Part shown: positions 10,089 to 23,405 of the stretch, in pieces | How positions within the stretch are numbered: the first letter of the stretch is position 1 | How the letters are laid out: the number at the start of each line of letters is the position of its first letter | Assembly (NCBI GenBank): GCA_016748015.1 | Contig: JAAOMT010000675.1 | Span: 744,001-808,000, forward strand | Origin: Geosiphon pyriformis uo1 | Lineage: Eukaryota > Fungi > Glomeromycota | Reading direction: 5' to 3' | Length of the DNA stretch: 64,000 bases | Translations under genes and position numbers: made by a program | Notes under the pieces: generated by a model | Database searches by the model: none | The model's input: the letters and a program-made list of their open reading frames with translations, nothing else | What the model was told of the DNA's origin: nothing

Positions 10089-13000
10089 GTGGTGACCACA
10101 CCAGACACAACAACTCTAGAGTATCATTAGTCAATTTACATCTACTGCAAGCAAAGATTCAACATCCCAGACGGAATTGAAGTTGTCAAGAAATCAGTAT
10201 ACCAATACATTGAAAATCGCATCAACAATTATTTTTTTGGAAACTACAACATTTTAGAAGTTAGAAGCAATCTCTACAATAATTTAGTACACTATTCACA
10301 ATTGGGAACAGAAGACCTGAACAGTGAAACACTTGCTACTTACTTTCAAGAACTTAATTTTAATATTATTGAGTATTGTGAAGAAAAATACCCAGTACAG
10401 CCCAAATACTCTTTTAACTTTGAATCAGAAACAGAGACAAGCAACAAAGACAAACAAAAAGTGAAACAATACTCAAGAACCACTCCAAACACTCCAATAC
10501 TACCAAAGACAACTGCCAAACACTTGCAAACACCTGAACAAAGAACCAATGTCAAATTACCACTTTCTATTACACTATTTCCAATTTCACTTGTTCAACC
10601 ACAAACACCAAGTTCACTACTTAACCATTTCTCCAGACCAGAAGATTTTCAGTCACCTAGAAATCCTACTCAACAACAAGAACCAATATTAACAAGTGCC
10701 AATATCATTGATTACTTACAGAAAAACGAAAGTAATCATTCAGAAAGCTTGGAAAGTGAAGAAACTAAATCAGAACCAGAAAATGAAGAAGAAATGGCAA
10801 CTGCTTACATTGCAAAAATTCCAGAATTCACTGGTGAAGACAATGATACCAGTCCTCAAGAATGGCTTGACAAAGTTCAAAAAGCAGGAGATGCAAATGG
10901 TTGAATTGCAGCAAGAATGCTCAAAGCAATTCTCTACTTTCTTCAAAAAACAGCAGAAGAATGGTTTGAAAATTTAGAAGAACCATTTGAGAACTGGCAA
11001 GCATTCAAAGATGCTTTTTTACAACAATTTACTAATAACAACACCTCTATTACTTTCTGCAATTGCTTTTGCAATATCAAACAAGAAACATCTGAAACTG
11101 TCATGACTTATCTTGGAAGATTCAACAAACTTCTTCAACAAATTCGACAATTGGAAACTAATAACTACTATTCTAATGCTCAGATTCTGAATCAGTTTAT
11201 AGCAGGATTAAAAGACAAATTGATTAAGAAAGTCCGTCCACATGCACCAGCAGACTTAGCAACTGCCATCAGACATGCAAAGAACTATGAAATGGCTATG
11301 GAAAAAGCAAACCACACCAAACTCATCAACCTAGCTATTGGAGAAACCAGTTCAGCAGCTGAAAAGAAGATAGATCAACTCACAAAGAAGGTTGAAAGCT
11401 ACTTCACAAATCAACAACAACAGCAACAACAACCACAAAGATATCAACTCCCACAATGACGCAACCAAAACAATTTTGGATCACCATTCAACAACCAACC
11501 TCAAAATTGTCATTATTGTGGAATTCCAAGACACTGGAAATGAGATTGTAGAAAATTACAAAGAGACCAACAAAACAGAAGTAATCAACATTACTCTTCA
11601 CCATAACAATCTTATTACCAATTTCCACCACCAACTTATTATTCACTAAGACCACAAAATTAAAACAGTTACTATTAACCAGCTCCACAACCAATGCAGC
11701 AACAATATCAGCAACCTTTATCAATTCAGCCATATCAGACACCACCTATTCAACAATATCAAGTACCAGCAAGAAGATTGGTTCAACATAACCAATTCAC
11801 ACCCCAAAATCAATTTCAGAATAACAACAACAGAATCAATCCAAATAACCAGTTGGTTTTCCGAAATTCTGGTCAGCAAAGACCCAATCACTATTACACT
11901 CAACCCAGTTATCTTACAATACCAGAGAAATCGGATTTTTAACAACTTGCACTTTCTGAAAGTAAAGTTGCAACACCCAGATCAAACCCTTCCAACAACA
12001 CTATTCCATCAGCTCAAATTGCCCAAAATGCCAATCTTTCAAATATATTCCCATTCGAATTTAAAGCAAATGAATCACTATTCTTGCTTAGTAATGCAGC
12101 AGCTAATGAACAAAGAGCTATTACTGCTATGTACACTGAAGCTACAGTAGAAGAAAAACCCATCTGACTAATTCTAAATAGTGGATCAGCTGGAAGTATT
12201 ATCACCTACCAGTTAATGCAACAGCTTCAAAGAACTGTTGACAGACCAGCCCAAACTGTAATTGTTATAACAGATAGTATGAAAAAGACACCAGTAGAAG
12301 AAATTGACAATTTTCTATTCATCATTGATGGAATCACCATTCCAATCAAAGTTCTAGTCATGGATGCACCCCAATACCAAGTTCTGGTCGAAAATGATTG
12401 GCTTCTTAAGGCCAATGCAAACTTAGACTGGGAAACTCAGGAATTAAAAAATCTCATACCAAGGACAATACACCATAGTACCTGCTACTTGTGGTACTTT
12501 TAACAAATGATTAGAAAAGCCCCAGTATTTGAATTTGAAGAGGAGAAAGAAATACCACTTATTGAAACTTACATGGCTCTTGGATCAACATCCAATTGGG
12601 GTGAAAAAACAGAACAGGAAATTTTTGAAGAATCAAGAAGATGGAAGAAAGTTAGATATTCTACACCAGAACCACAGAAACAACCACCCTATATTCCACT
12701 TAAATGCAAAAATTGCAATAAAAAACTTTCATTAATGGAAGCATGTATTTCTCCAGAAGAAGAATATGAAACTCGTACCTGTTATTTTTGTAAAGCATGC
12801 TATAAAGAATGATTTGGATCTCTAAAAAGAAGTAGAAAATAGGACAACACATCTTGCCTTACATGTGGAGATATGTTACCAGAAGAATGCAACTGGATTG
12901 ATGTTGCAATAAGAGGAGGAGTATGTGATTAAACTTGTCAATATGCTCTATCAATTTCGGAAAAAGTCAGAAGAGGAACACCATTTGATGCAGCATACAA

Positions 13001-16000
13001 CAGTGCTTTCAATAAACTTTACCACTACCTTCATGATACTGAAATGATTTTTGACCTAGTAATAGCATTGATCAATGGAGCCACTTAAGAAGATGTCTGC
13101 CAAATGAAAGAAGCTAAATACATTGAGTATATTATAGAATTAACTGGATTTGATTATGAAGATGAAGTAGAAACCTACCACCAAATTGCAAGCCACACAT
13201 ATCTGACTCAAGAAGCTCAAATTTAACAATTAAAGCAAATGAACATTCAATTGTGTAAAGAATGCATCATGCTTTGTGATGACAAATGGTGTCCAGAATG
13301 CTATGCTCTTAGCATTCCCCTGCCAGAGGAAAATGATGAAAATGAAATCGAATTTGGAGTATCTGAACTGGTAGAAGAACTACCAACCATCCCCATTTAT
13401 CTTCTTGAAAAGCAATCACCTCTACAACTTAAATATTTTGACAACTATGGCCAAAAAATCAGACCAGAAAAAGCACACAAAATTGATGCTGGATATGACT
13501 TAAGATATCCAGAAAAAGATATTTTGGTTCTTTAACCAAAGTTCTTGACAAAAATCAATCTCAAAATTGCTTTTGAAATTTCACCTGGAGCAATAGTTCA
13601 AATTGCACCCAGATCATCATTGGCAAGCAAAGGAATCAATGTTAAAGGAGGAGTTATAGATGCAGGATATACTGAAGACATTACTATCATGTTACAAAAT
13701 GAAACAAACAAACCATTCAGGATTGAACATGCTGAGAAAATTGCCCAAGCAATTTACCTACTTCTAATCAACATTTTGGAGTTACAATCAGTTAAAAACA
13801 GAGAACAATTGAGAAAAAGTAAAAGAGGAACTCAAGGTTTTGGTTCAACTGAACGATTTACAATTCCAGTAAACATAGCTCTCAATACACAAAATAAATC
13901 TTACCAGATTCTTCAACTTCCCCAACCAATTACCATTTCACCTTTTGGTAAACATCACAAAATTTACACTTGTTCAAAATCCATTACTATCCAACAAATC
14001 TTTGAATCCAATGAACAAATCTGTTTAAAACATGAAATCTCAATCCCAAATGTTTATATTCCCAAAGAAATGAAAAAATTTCAAGTTATATTCTATAATC
14101 CCAATAATTACCCCATTGTCTTATTGAACAAACTAGAGATTGGAATCATACACAGTAATATTTTTCAAGATGAAAACCCTTAAATTGTCTCTAATTTCAT
14201 CGAAATTATAAGACATACACTACTTTCAAATCCAAACATCATTTCTACCACTGAAAACTACCACCTTTTAGAAGAAAAACTCTCTCAAATTAACATGGAT
14301 CCCTTAGAACCCCAACAACAAAGACAATTGAAACAATTGATAGCTGAATTTGCAGATATATTTGCAAAAGACAACAATAACCTTGGAAAAACGGATATTG
14401 TTCAACACCAAATTCATACAGAAGATGCTCCACCAAAACAACAACAAGTCTATTGAGTTCCACTTGCTAGCCACCAATTTATTAGAGAAGAGGTCCAAAG
14501 AATGCTCAATAACAGATTGATTCAACCATCAAAAAGTCCATGGGCCTTACCAGTAGTTTTTGTCAAAAAGAAAAATAGAAAAATCAGATTCTGTGTTAAT
14601 TATTGACAATTGAATAGTGTTACAATTGGAGATACCTACTCTCTTCCAAGAATTGATAACATATTAGATGCTTTAGAAAAAGCCAAGTTCTTCTCAACTT
14701 TAGACTTGAAAAGTGGATACTGGCAAGTCAAAATGGACCCAAAAGATAGACCCAAAACAGCATTTACCACCCAAGAAGGAAACTATGAGTTCAATGTTAT
14801 GCCTTTTGGATTCTGCAATGCACCAGCAACATTCCAACGACTCATGGATGTTGTATATAAAGGATTCTTATGGCAATCAATAGTTGTTTACCTTAATAAT
14901 ACTGATGTGTATTCACCAAGCTTTGAAGTCTATCTTATTTACCTGTGAGAAGTTTTTCAACAATTATGAAAAGCAGAATTGAAGTTGAATATTGAGAAAT
15001 GTCACTTTGGAAAAACAAGCTTAATCTTTCTTAAACACATAGTTAGCAAAAATGAAGCCAAACCAAACTCTGGAACAATTAGTGCTGTCAAAAACTTTCA
15101 AACTCCCAAAAATACCATAGAACTAAGAGAATTTGTAGGATTAGCCTTCTACTATCGAAAATTTATAAAGGAATTCTCAGAAATTGCCAAACCACTTAAT
15201 TATCTTACCAACAAAAATGTGCTATACAAATAGACAAAAGAACAACAAAAAGCTTTTAAAATCCTCAAAACAAGATTGACAACAGCCCCAGTTCTTGTTT
15301 ACCCAGACTTCAACAAATGGTTTCAACTAGCCACTAATGCTTTACACATAGCTTTTGGTGCCATCCTATTACAATTGGATGAAAATGGCCAGGAACAAAT
15401 TATTGCTTATGCTAGTAGAACACTCAAGCCAACAAAACTCAAATATAGCTCAACAAAACTAGAAGCTGCCGCAGTTATTTGGGCTCTCAAACACTTTCAA
15501 CAATACTTGAAGAATAGAAAAGAGTTTGACATTATAACTGACAATATTGACCTCAAATGGTTTAATAAAAATAAAAAAGAACAAAGTGCCAAACAGTCTC
15601 AATAGAATGATTTTTTAGCAGACTACAAATATATAGTAAATCACAAACCAGAAAAACTACACACCAATATTGACAGCCTTTCAAGAATGAGACAATATTA
15701 ATACCAACATCAACACCAACAAAACACCAACAAACTTAACAGCAGAACAAATAACAAAATCAACAACAATGAATTCAGAAAACTACAACAACATCAAAAA
15801 CTATTTAAAGACTCTCACCATGCCAGAAAATTGGTCTTTAAGTAAAAAACATTGATTACAATACCAATCCAAACAATATTTTATATATCACAACAAAATC
15901 TATTACAAGAATCATAGAAATCCAAACCAACCACTCAAATTAGTACAAAAAAATGAAAAAGAAACAATCTTATACAACATGCACACAGATTCTTCTTCAG

Positions 16001-17154
16001 CACACTTGGGAAGAAATGGAACAATTCAAAGAACTCTTGAACATTACTTTTGGCCTCAAATGCAAAAAGACATTCGACAATATATAGAATCTTGTAATAG
16101 TTGTCAAAGAAGAGAAGGAACTCACTCCACAGAACCTTTAAATCCAATCAAAGTTGGACAACCTTTTGACAGAGTTGGAATTGATTTAGTCGGACCATTA
16201 CCTATTACAACTCAAGAAAATTGTTATATTGCAGTTGCAATAGATTATCTTACCAAATGGCCTGAAACTAAAGCCATTCAAAGAGCAGATGCAAAATCAG
16301 TAGCAAATTTCATCTATCAAAACATTATTTGTAAACATGGATGTCCAATTGAACTTTTATTTAATTAAGGAACATATTTTGTGAACAACTTGATACAAGA
16401 AATTTGTGAATGATTCAATGTCAAAAGATCTCTATTATCACTTTATTACCCTCAAACAAATGGACTTGTAGAACATTTCAACAGAACATTGTGTGAATCT
16501 TTAACCAAAGTCTCAACAGATTTTGAGCAGGAATGAGATATCTTTATTCCATCAGTGTTACTAGCATACAGAACACTAAAACAAGATACTATGAAATACA
16601 CACCATTTGATCTTACTTATGAAAAGACAGCAACATTATCAATTAATTTCACAATGGAAACATACCCTGTACAACCAATTAATAAAGAAAACTTTTAAGA
16701 AACACTCCAAAGAAGAACCTACACTCTTCTTAGTACACTGGAAGAAAAAAGAAGAATAGCAGCAACTCATATTAAACATTCCCAAGCTCAACAAAAAGAA
16801 AGACATAACAACAAATTACCACCCATAACCAATGAATTTAAAGTTGGAAATAAGATTCTCTTACACAGAACTAAGGCTGAAAAACAATGGAGTGGAAAAT
16901 TTGAAAACAAATGGGATGAACTATTTTATATTCACGAAATTCTAGGCAATAGATTATACAAGTTAAGACTTAATGACAAAGTACTAGCAAAAGTTGCACA
17001 TGGAGATAGATTGAAACACTATCATTCCAGAAACAATCCTAAATTATTAATTCCACAAATTGGTACACATTCCCCTTTAATTAATTCTGAAGATATTTTC
17101 CGAAATTTAGAACCAATAATTATAATAAAACAACAACCAAACTTGAATACTTAA
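10089..17154 (+). pseudogene. gag-pol: Single gag-pol polyprotein of B (N-extension, CA, CCHC knuckle, Q/N-rich linker, PR, Cys-rich, dUTPase, RT, RH, IN)
   Basis: Capsid MATAYIAKIPEFTGED..WLDKV from 10794; CHYCGIPRHWKxDC at 11508; PR near 12170; RT 14520-15050; IN RVGIDLVGPLP; gag and pol stay in frame across a TAA where C has CAA. Confidence 0.95.
13420..13853 (+). pseudogene. dut: dUTPase domain in element B pol
   Basis: DAGYDL, APRSSL, GGVIDAGYTEDI, EKIAQAI, RGTQGFGST. Confidence 0.96.
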
Positions 17155-17315
17155 TTCAACATAATTTTACAATAATCTTTTTAATAACACACAAAGACAA
17201 AAATAGTAAATAATTACAAAAACACCCAAAACCCAAAAACAAATAAAACCTCATATCCAAAAAAAATAAGAATAATTTCTTTATTCTTCCTTTTCATTAA
17301 TTAGTCAATTTTATC

Positions 17316-18022
17316 ATGATTATTCCCTAAAATATTCAACAAATATCCCAAAATTAATGTTAGCCTTGAAAACACTTCCTAACTTATCCATAACGATTAA
17401 TAGAAGTTAAATTAATTAGATTCAAAAAAAAACCACAGCCTCAATAGTAAATAATTCTCAGAACTACCACTCCTATAGAAAAAAAACAAGAGGTTATTCT
17501 GAAAAAAGATTACCAGAACTTTTGAAGCAAGCACTGAAAGAAAACCTTTTAATTGCCCCTATTGACATTTTACCAAATGCCACAATTCAACAGAAACTTC
17601 TACTATGTCTTAATGAACAGAACAATGAACATACCCTTATATATAGATATTTTCATATTGGAAAAACACTTTACGAATGAAAACTAGAACTTGAAGCAAC
17701 CAACATCACTCCTAAGGCTATACAAAAACAAATTCACAATGAATTTAAGACAGCAGCTAGATCAACAAACACTCGTTACAAACTTAGAGCAGCTTTTAGA
17801 CTCTATGATTTATTCACCAATTGTGAAAACGTCTTACAAAATCTAATACTCCAACCAATGAAAGTTCAATACATTGGAAAATTTACAGAACTGAAATTTC
17901 AACAATTTTCAGACCAAATCACTTCAATTATCTTGGACCACTATCTTAACATCACAGATAGTGCTTGGACTTCAATGGAGCTCAGTCTTGAGAAGGAGAT
18001 TATGTTATCAGTAGAATTTTAG
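17316..18022 (+). pseudogene. Accessory ORF3 of B; reads through the PPT and stops ~20 nt inside the 3' LTR
   Basis: MIIPxNIQQISQ..MLALKT..YRYFHIGKTLY..KLRAAFRLYDLF..IGKFTELKF..SLEKEIMLSVEF*; homologous to F 58199-58918. Confidence 0.85.
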
Positions 18023-18981
18023 CTATTAATTAGCATAAAATTACTCTTATAATTCCTATTATTAATTAACATATATTATTATTAATTTGATTATTACTTA
18101 TTATTTAATCAAATTATCAAATATTATTATTCAATCAATAATTCGATTTGTACTTTAGAAATTAAGATGATCAAATTACACAATACCCTGAATCTTTTAA
18201 CATAGTCAAAATTTGCTGAAATTAATGAAAATTTGCCGAAATAATCAATAGTTCAGTGAAATAACTTGTAAATTCGCTGAAATGTATCTTTAATTCACCC
18301 AAATTGTAGCAAAGAGAAAAGTGCAAGTTTAAAGACTAGTACTACAACAAGTTGTATAAAAGAAAAGCTTCTCTCTTTAAGAAAATGTATCTTCTCATCT
18401 TCTTTTAGTATCTTACTATAGTATCTTACCATAGATATCTTAATTGAAACAAATCATCTTTTACAAAATCAAATAAAAATCAAAATTCAAAAACTAAATT
18501 CTTAAATTATTACACTTAAAATTCCTTCAATACAACTAACATTTTAAAATTGATTAGCTACCAATTTTAGTAAACTGTTAGTGACTCCAGGCCTGAATAG
18601 AAAACGTTTCTCTTGACAAAATTCTATTTCTTTTACATTTCTTTTATTTTTTTTTCTTTTCTTATTACAATTATTGGGGTAGCCTACAAACGAGATTCCT
18701 GTAGAAGAGTTGACTTTCACAGCAAAGTAACTACACATTTTTTAGTGAGCTTCCAGACGAGCAATTCCTGGGAAAGAGTTAATGTTTACTACAATGTAAC
18801 TACATAAAGTAACTGGCAAGAAATTGGCCATTCTACTTATAAGTCCAGCAGTTCAAATTATAGGAGATAATTTGAAAATAAATTCAGTTACTAGAGGTTC
18901 AACTACTTCTAAAAAACGTGAATTTACAACCAACAGACATTTACAACATTCAAGAAAAGAAACCAAAAACCTCCAGTAACA
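18003..18981 (+). repeat. 3' LTR of element B
   Basis: Direct repeat of 9062-10043, preceded by the PPT. Confidence 0.97.
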
Positions 18982-21900
18982 ATATCAAATTTTTATTTAT
19001 TCAATTCACTTCTTTATTGTAATTTTTTCTTTAATTAATTTTATTACTTTACAATTTTGTTCTCTTTTGCTATTTGTTAGCTTGTTATTTTAACTTGTAA
19101 TATTATTATATACTTGATAAAATTTATTAAAATGCAACATATTCAAAGATTGAATGTTTTCTATAGAAGAAAAAAAAAGTACATAAATTTGTCAAAACAT
19201 TTAAATATATTACTATTAATACAAATTATATAAAAACTAAACCATATGAATCAAGTCATTTCTAATATTAAAAGCTTTTTTAATTAAAAATTCCATTGTT
19301 TTTATTATGTAACTGCTCAATAAAAGCAATATTAAAATATTTAATTAAATAACAAACTTTATAAAAAACAAAATTACTAAAAATTAAAGACATTAAAATA
19401 CTTTTAAAGAATTAAAATATTAAAAACAGAGTATTATTCAAAAATAAATTATAACCACAAAAAATTTTGATTAAATTAGCCAAAAAATTGTTGACTAAAT
19501 TAATACAAAAATAAACTAAAAAAAATAAAAAATAATAAAAAAACCAACTTAATACTTAAAAATTTAAAGATTTATAATTAAACAGTCAACTTACAATATT
19601 ATTAACATTTGAAAAACTCAAAATAAAAACCAATTTGTGCTTAGTTTATATCTGCTTAAAAAACTTCAAGTTATACAAAAAAAGATAATATAATCTATTA
19701 TTAGAAAAATTTAAAAACAGATTAATTTTAAAATTTAAATTTTTTAAATCAAAGTGTTTTACTTATTACATATATTAATCAAAACAAAGCTAAACTAAAT
19801 TTTATAATTAATAATAAGATACAAAACTGTCAAAACTAAATAAAAAAATTGTTTGTTAACAATAATTTTTTTTAAAACTTTGCCAGTAAAAACTTAATAT
19901 TTGAATAAATTTTGGTCAAATTAAGTTTTAATAATTTATTTGTAAACACAAAAATACTTAAATATTTATAAGTTTTTTTTTCTTAATAATTGAAATAAAA
20001 AAACCATTAATTATTAAAAAAAAAATACTAACTCTATAATTAATAAAAATAGTTACTGTTTTATTATTTATTAAAATATTATTAATTTAAAAAAACATTT
20101 GTAATATTCAAAATGTATTAAGTTATAAATTAACTGTATTTTATTCAAATTGTATTATTAATAAAACATTAATAATAAAAAATAATATTATATCTATTAA
20201 GCTAAAATTTGTTATAATTTAATTAACTTAATTATTAAAAATATTACTAAAAAACCTAACAAATTTGTTATATATTTTGATTTTTTTTAAGCTATTTTTT
20301 AAATTTTTTTAATCTATAAAATTATATACTTTGCATATATTTTACAAAACCAATCAAAGCTCATAATTTTTTTTAAAATATTATTACAAAGAACATTAAA
20401 CTTATTATATGCCAGCAAAATTCTGTTAAACAAAATTTTAGAGAAAATTTTTTAAGTTATTTCAAATAAAGCAATAAATTATGTGTTTATTAAAATGTTT
20501 TTTTATTTATATAACTTGAGAATTATCAAAATTCAAGTTTTTTTTCAAGATTAAAGAACAAATTTATGCATTAAACACAAATTTATAAAATCTAAAAACA
20601 TATTCAATACATCTTATTACAATGTTTTTACAACTTATTTAAAATATTAGATAAAACAACTGCTTTCTGTTAGATAAATTTATTAATAAATCTAATAATT
20701 TATTAAAATTAATAAAATATATAACACCAGAAAAAATATTATTAGCAACATAAATTAGCAAAAAATATTGTTAATATTATATTTTAGATATATTATCTAA
20801 CATCTTATGTTTTTTTGTTTAATTATTTATAATTATATCTATTTTAAATTTAACTAGCTTAAGCTTTAACACCAATTTTTTATTAACTACCAAATAATTC
20901 AAAACCATTTTATAAAAAGAATACTCTAAAATACTTTGAATTATATAACTTTTATTTATCTTAAAACTCTTTATCTTTTTATTAATAACAGATTTAATTT
21001 GTATTTTTTTAATATACTAAAATTTTACTATTTTTGACATATTATAAAACTTTTTTGTCTTTGATAAAACAAATTAAATAATATTAAAATAAGTATCTGA
21101 ATTAATAAAAATCATTATCTTAAATATATTATTAACATTAAAAAAGAACCAATAATTTAAAAACAAATTAAATATATTGCTTAAAGCTAAACAAAAAATC
21201 TTAATCAATTTAAAGACTAGAGTTTTTAATTTGTAAAAACATGACAAAAATTTGGTAAAAACACTGTTATAATTCTTAAACTAGATTTTAAAAAATATTT
21301 TATTTACAAAAAGGCAGATTATTTTTTAAATAATATTTTATATTTTATTTATATTTAAAAAATTTTTTGTAGTAATAAAATTATTAATATACATAACAAT
21401 AGTATTAAGTATTAACTCTGAACAAGCTGTACTTTATTTTATTAGTATTTTTAATATTAAATTTTTAGTAATTTTCATTGACTTATATGTAAAAAGTTTT
21501 TAAAACTATATTTAAAAGATTATTAAGACTAATATTAATATAAATAACATTGTAATTAATATTAAAAAATTTATTTACATATGTAACTTTTCTGTTAATC
21601 AATATATTTACAAGATTAAGTAAAATAAAAATAAAATTAATAGTCTTTTTAACATTTTTAGAATTTTTTATATAAAAACTTAATAAATAAACTATTAATT
21701 AAAGAATTAATTAAATTAAAATCTAGATATTTTTTGAAATTAACACTGTATTTAATATAATCTTTATTAAAGTTATCTTTAAAAATAATAAAAGTACTTT
21801 TATTAAACATATTAACTATAAAAAAATTAATAAGTGCTTGATCTAATTACTTTTTTAAAAATATATCTGCATAAAATCCCAAAACAGAAACTGATTATTT

Positions 21901-23405
21901 GTTTTTGAACAATAAACAAATTATTAAAAATTTATTTAGAATCTTTAAAATTTTTGAAACATGCTTAGCCAAATATTTATTTATAATTAATATAATACTA
22001 ATACTTATATACTTTAAATTTAAATCAAAAATAAATATTTTACATTTGTAAATTTATTTACAATTTATAGTTTGAAATTAAAATGTTATTTTTTAATTCA
22101 TTATACTATCTTATAATATTATTCTGCTTGGCAAAAACATTTATTTCTTTAATATTATACATAATTATTTTTTAAGTTAAGTTACTTATTGAAAATAAAA
22201 TAAAAATATTATATATTATTTAAATTAAAAAACTTTAATTTATCTAAAATAAATTTTATTAAACTTTTTAAAACCATCATATTAGTTTCTAAGCCACCAA
22301 TTTTGATATTTAGAACTTTGAATTTATTATTAGTAAGATTTTGAAATGTATTAAGATTACTACATAAAACAAAAAAATTGGCAATAATATATTAATAATT
22401 ATGTTCAATACCAAGTTAATGTTTAATATGAGCACTTTTTTTATATAGTTTAATAATTATAAAGAAAAAAAATCAGTCAATTTGTAAAAAATTTCAGTAA
22501 TACAATCAGATAAAAGTTTTATAAAGCATTTTAATATGTCCAAATAGGAAGCCAAAGCTAAAATAATCTGATTTTTTTTAGATTTATTAATTAATACATT
22601 TACCAAAAAGCATTAATAAATAATTTAAACAAAAATATTTTAGAATTACTATTTACTACAAAGACCTAAATTACTTTATTAAAAAAAATTAAACAAAACA
22701 CAGTGGTTTGCTTTTTTGCATAAATATAAACAAAATGTATTTTATTTAACTTAAAGAATTTTTTAAATTTTATTTAAGTAGTTTGAAACCAAATTTGCAG
22801 ATATTTAAAATATAACAAAATTTTTATACTTAACATATTTAAAAAGTAATTAACCAGTTCAGATTAAATTAATGTCTCTAAAAACAAAAGTTAAATAAAT
22901 AGCAGTATTTTTATTTATAACAGATTTGAAATACATAACAGCACAATATGTTTATATATAAGAAACAAAATTGTAAAAAATAAAACAAGTTTTTTTATTA
23001 TAAAACCAAACCAAATCCAATAGATTATAAATAATAATACTTATTAACAGAATATATAAGAAAACATAATAGCAGTCTTTTAAATTCTATATTTGTTTAT
23101 TAGTATTAACTTTAATAATGTCTATTAAATTTTTTTCAATAAGATTAACTATTTGAAAACAACCAAATTAATAATTTTAGAACTTTCAAATTCAACTAAA
23201 GCTTTTTGTTAAAAATCAATAAGCTGTATTTTAATAAAAACAACTTTACCAAATTTAAATAATATTAATTATAAAAAAAAACTTTCTCTTGTCAATCTCC
23301 TGACTATAATGAGAGCATTTGTATTGCTGAAGATTTAGCTTTTTCCTTTCTTCTTCTTTCTAGTTACCTTTAGTTATTTCTTCCGACATACCCAATTTTG
23401 TTGTA

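Larger units (their letters stand above)
9062..18981 (+). mobile_element. Full-length Ty3/Gypsy LTR retrotransposon B (family 2)
   Basis: Two ~980-bp LTRs, PBS, gag-pol, ORF3, PPT (gagaaggag); flanks ACAT (9058-9061) and ATAT (18982-18985) fit a 4-bp TSD with one transition. Confidence 0.98.

Noticed and set aside
11930-11945. Programmed frameshift or readthrough at GATTTTTAA between gag and pol of B
   Set aside because: Downstream pol is in the same frame and C has CAA at this codon, so it is a C>T nonsense mutation in a single ORF.
17040-17154. Chromodomain at the integrase C-terminus
   Set aside because: The tail after the GPF module is only ~40 aa (..LEPIIIIKQQPNLNT) and lacks chromodomain aromatic-cage and YLVKW motifs.
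18613-18807. Sense ORF in the family 2 LTR with a hydrophobic N-terminus (similarly 52970-53182 in the D LTR), suggesting an LTR-encoded membrane peptide
   Set aside because: The hydrophobicity comes from a T-rich tract whose length varies between copies; the frame is not kept among B, C and F (T-run of 4, 5 or 6) or among A, D and E; the starts are TTG.
18982-23256. Faint gag-like (KIECF..VHKFVKTF; QFVLSL) and RNase H-like (LKLDFKKYF) traces in the AT-rich spacer
   Set aside because: Too eroded to support by eye; possibly an ancient retroelement. A frameshift-aware HMM search is needed.
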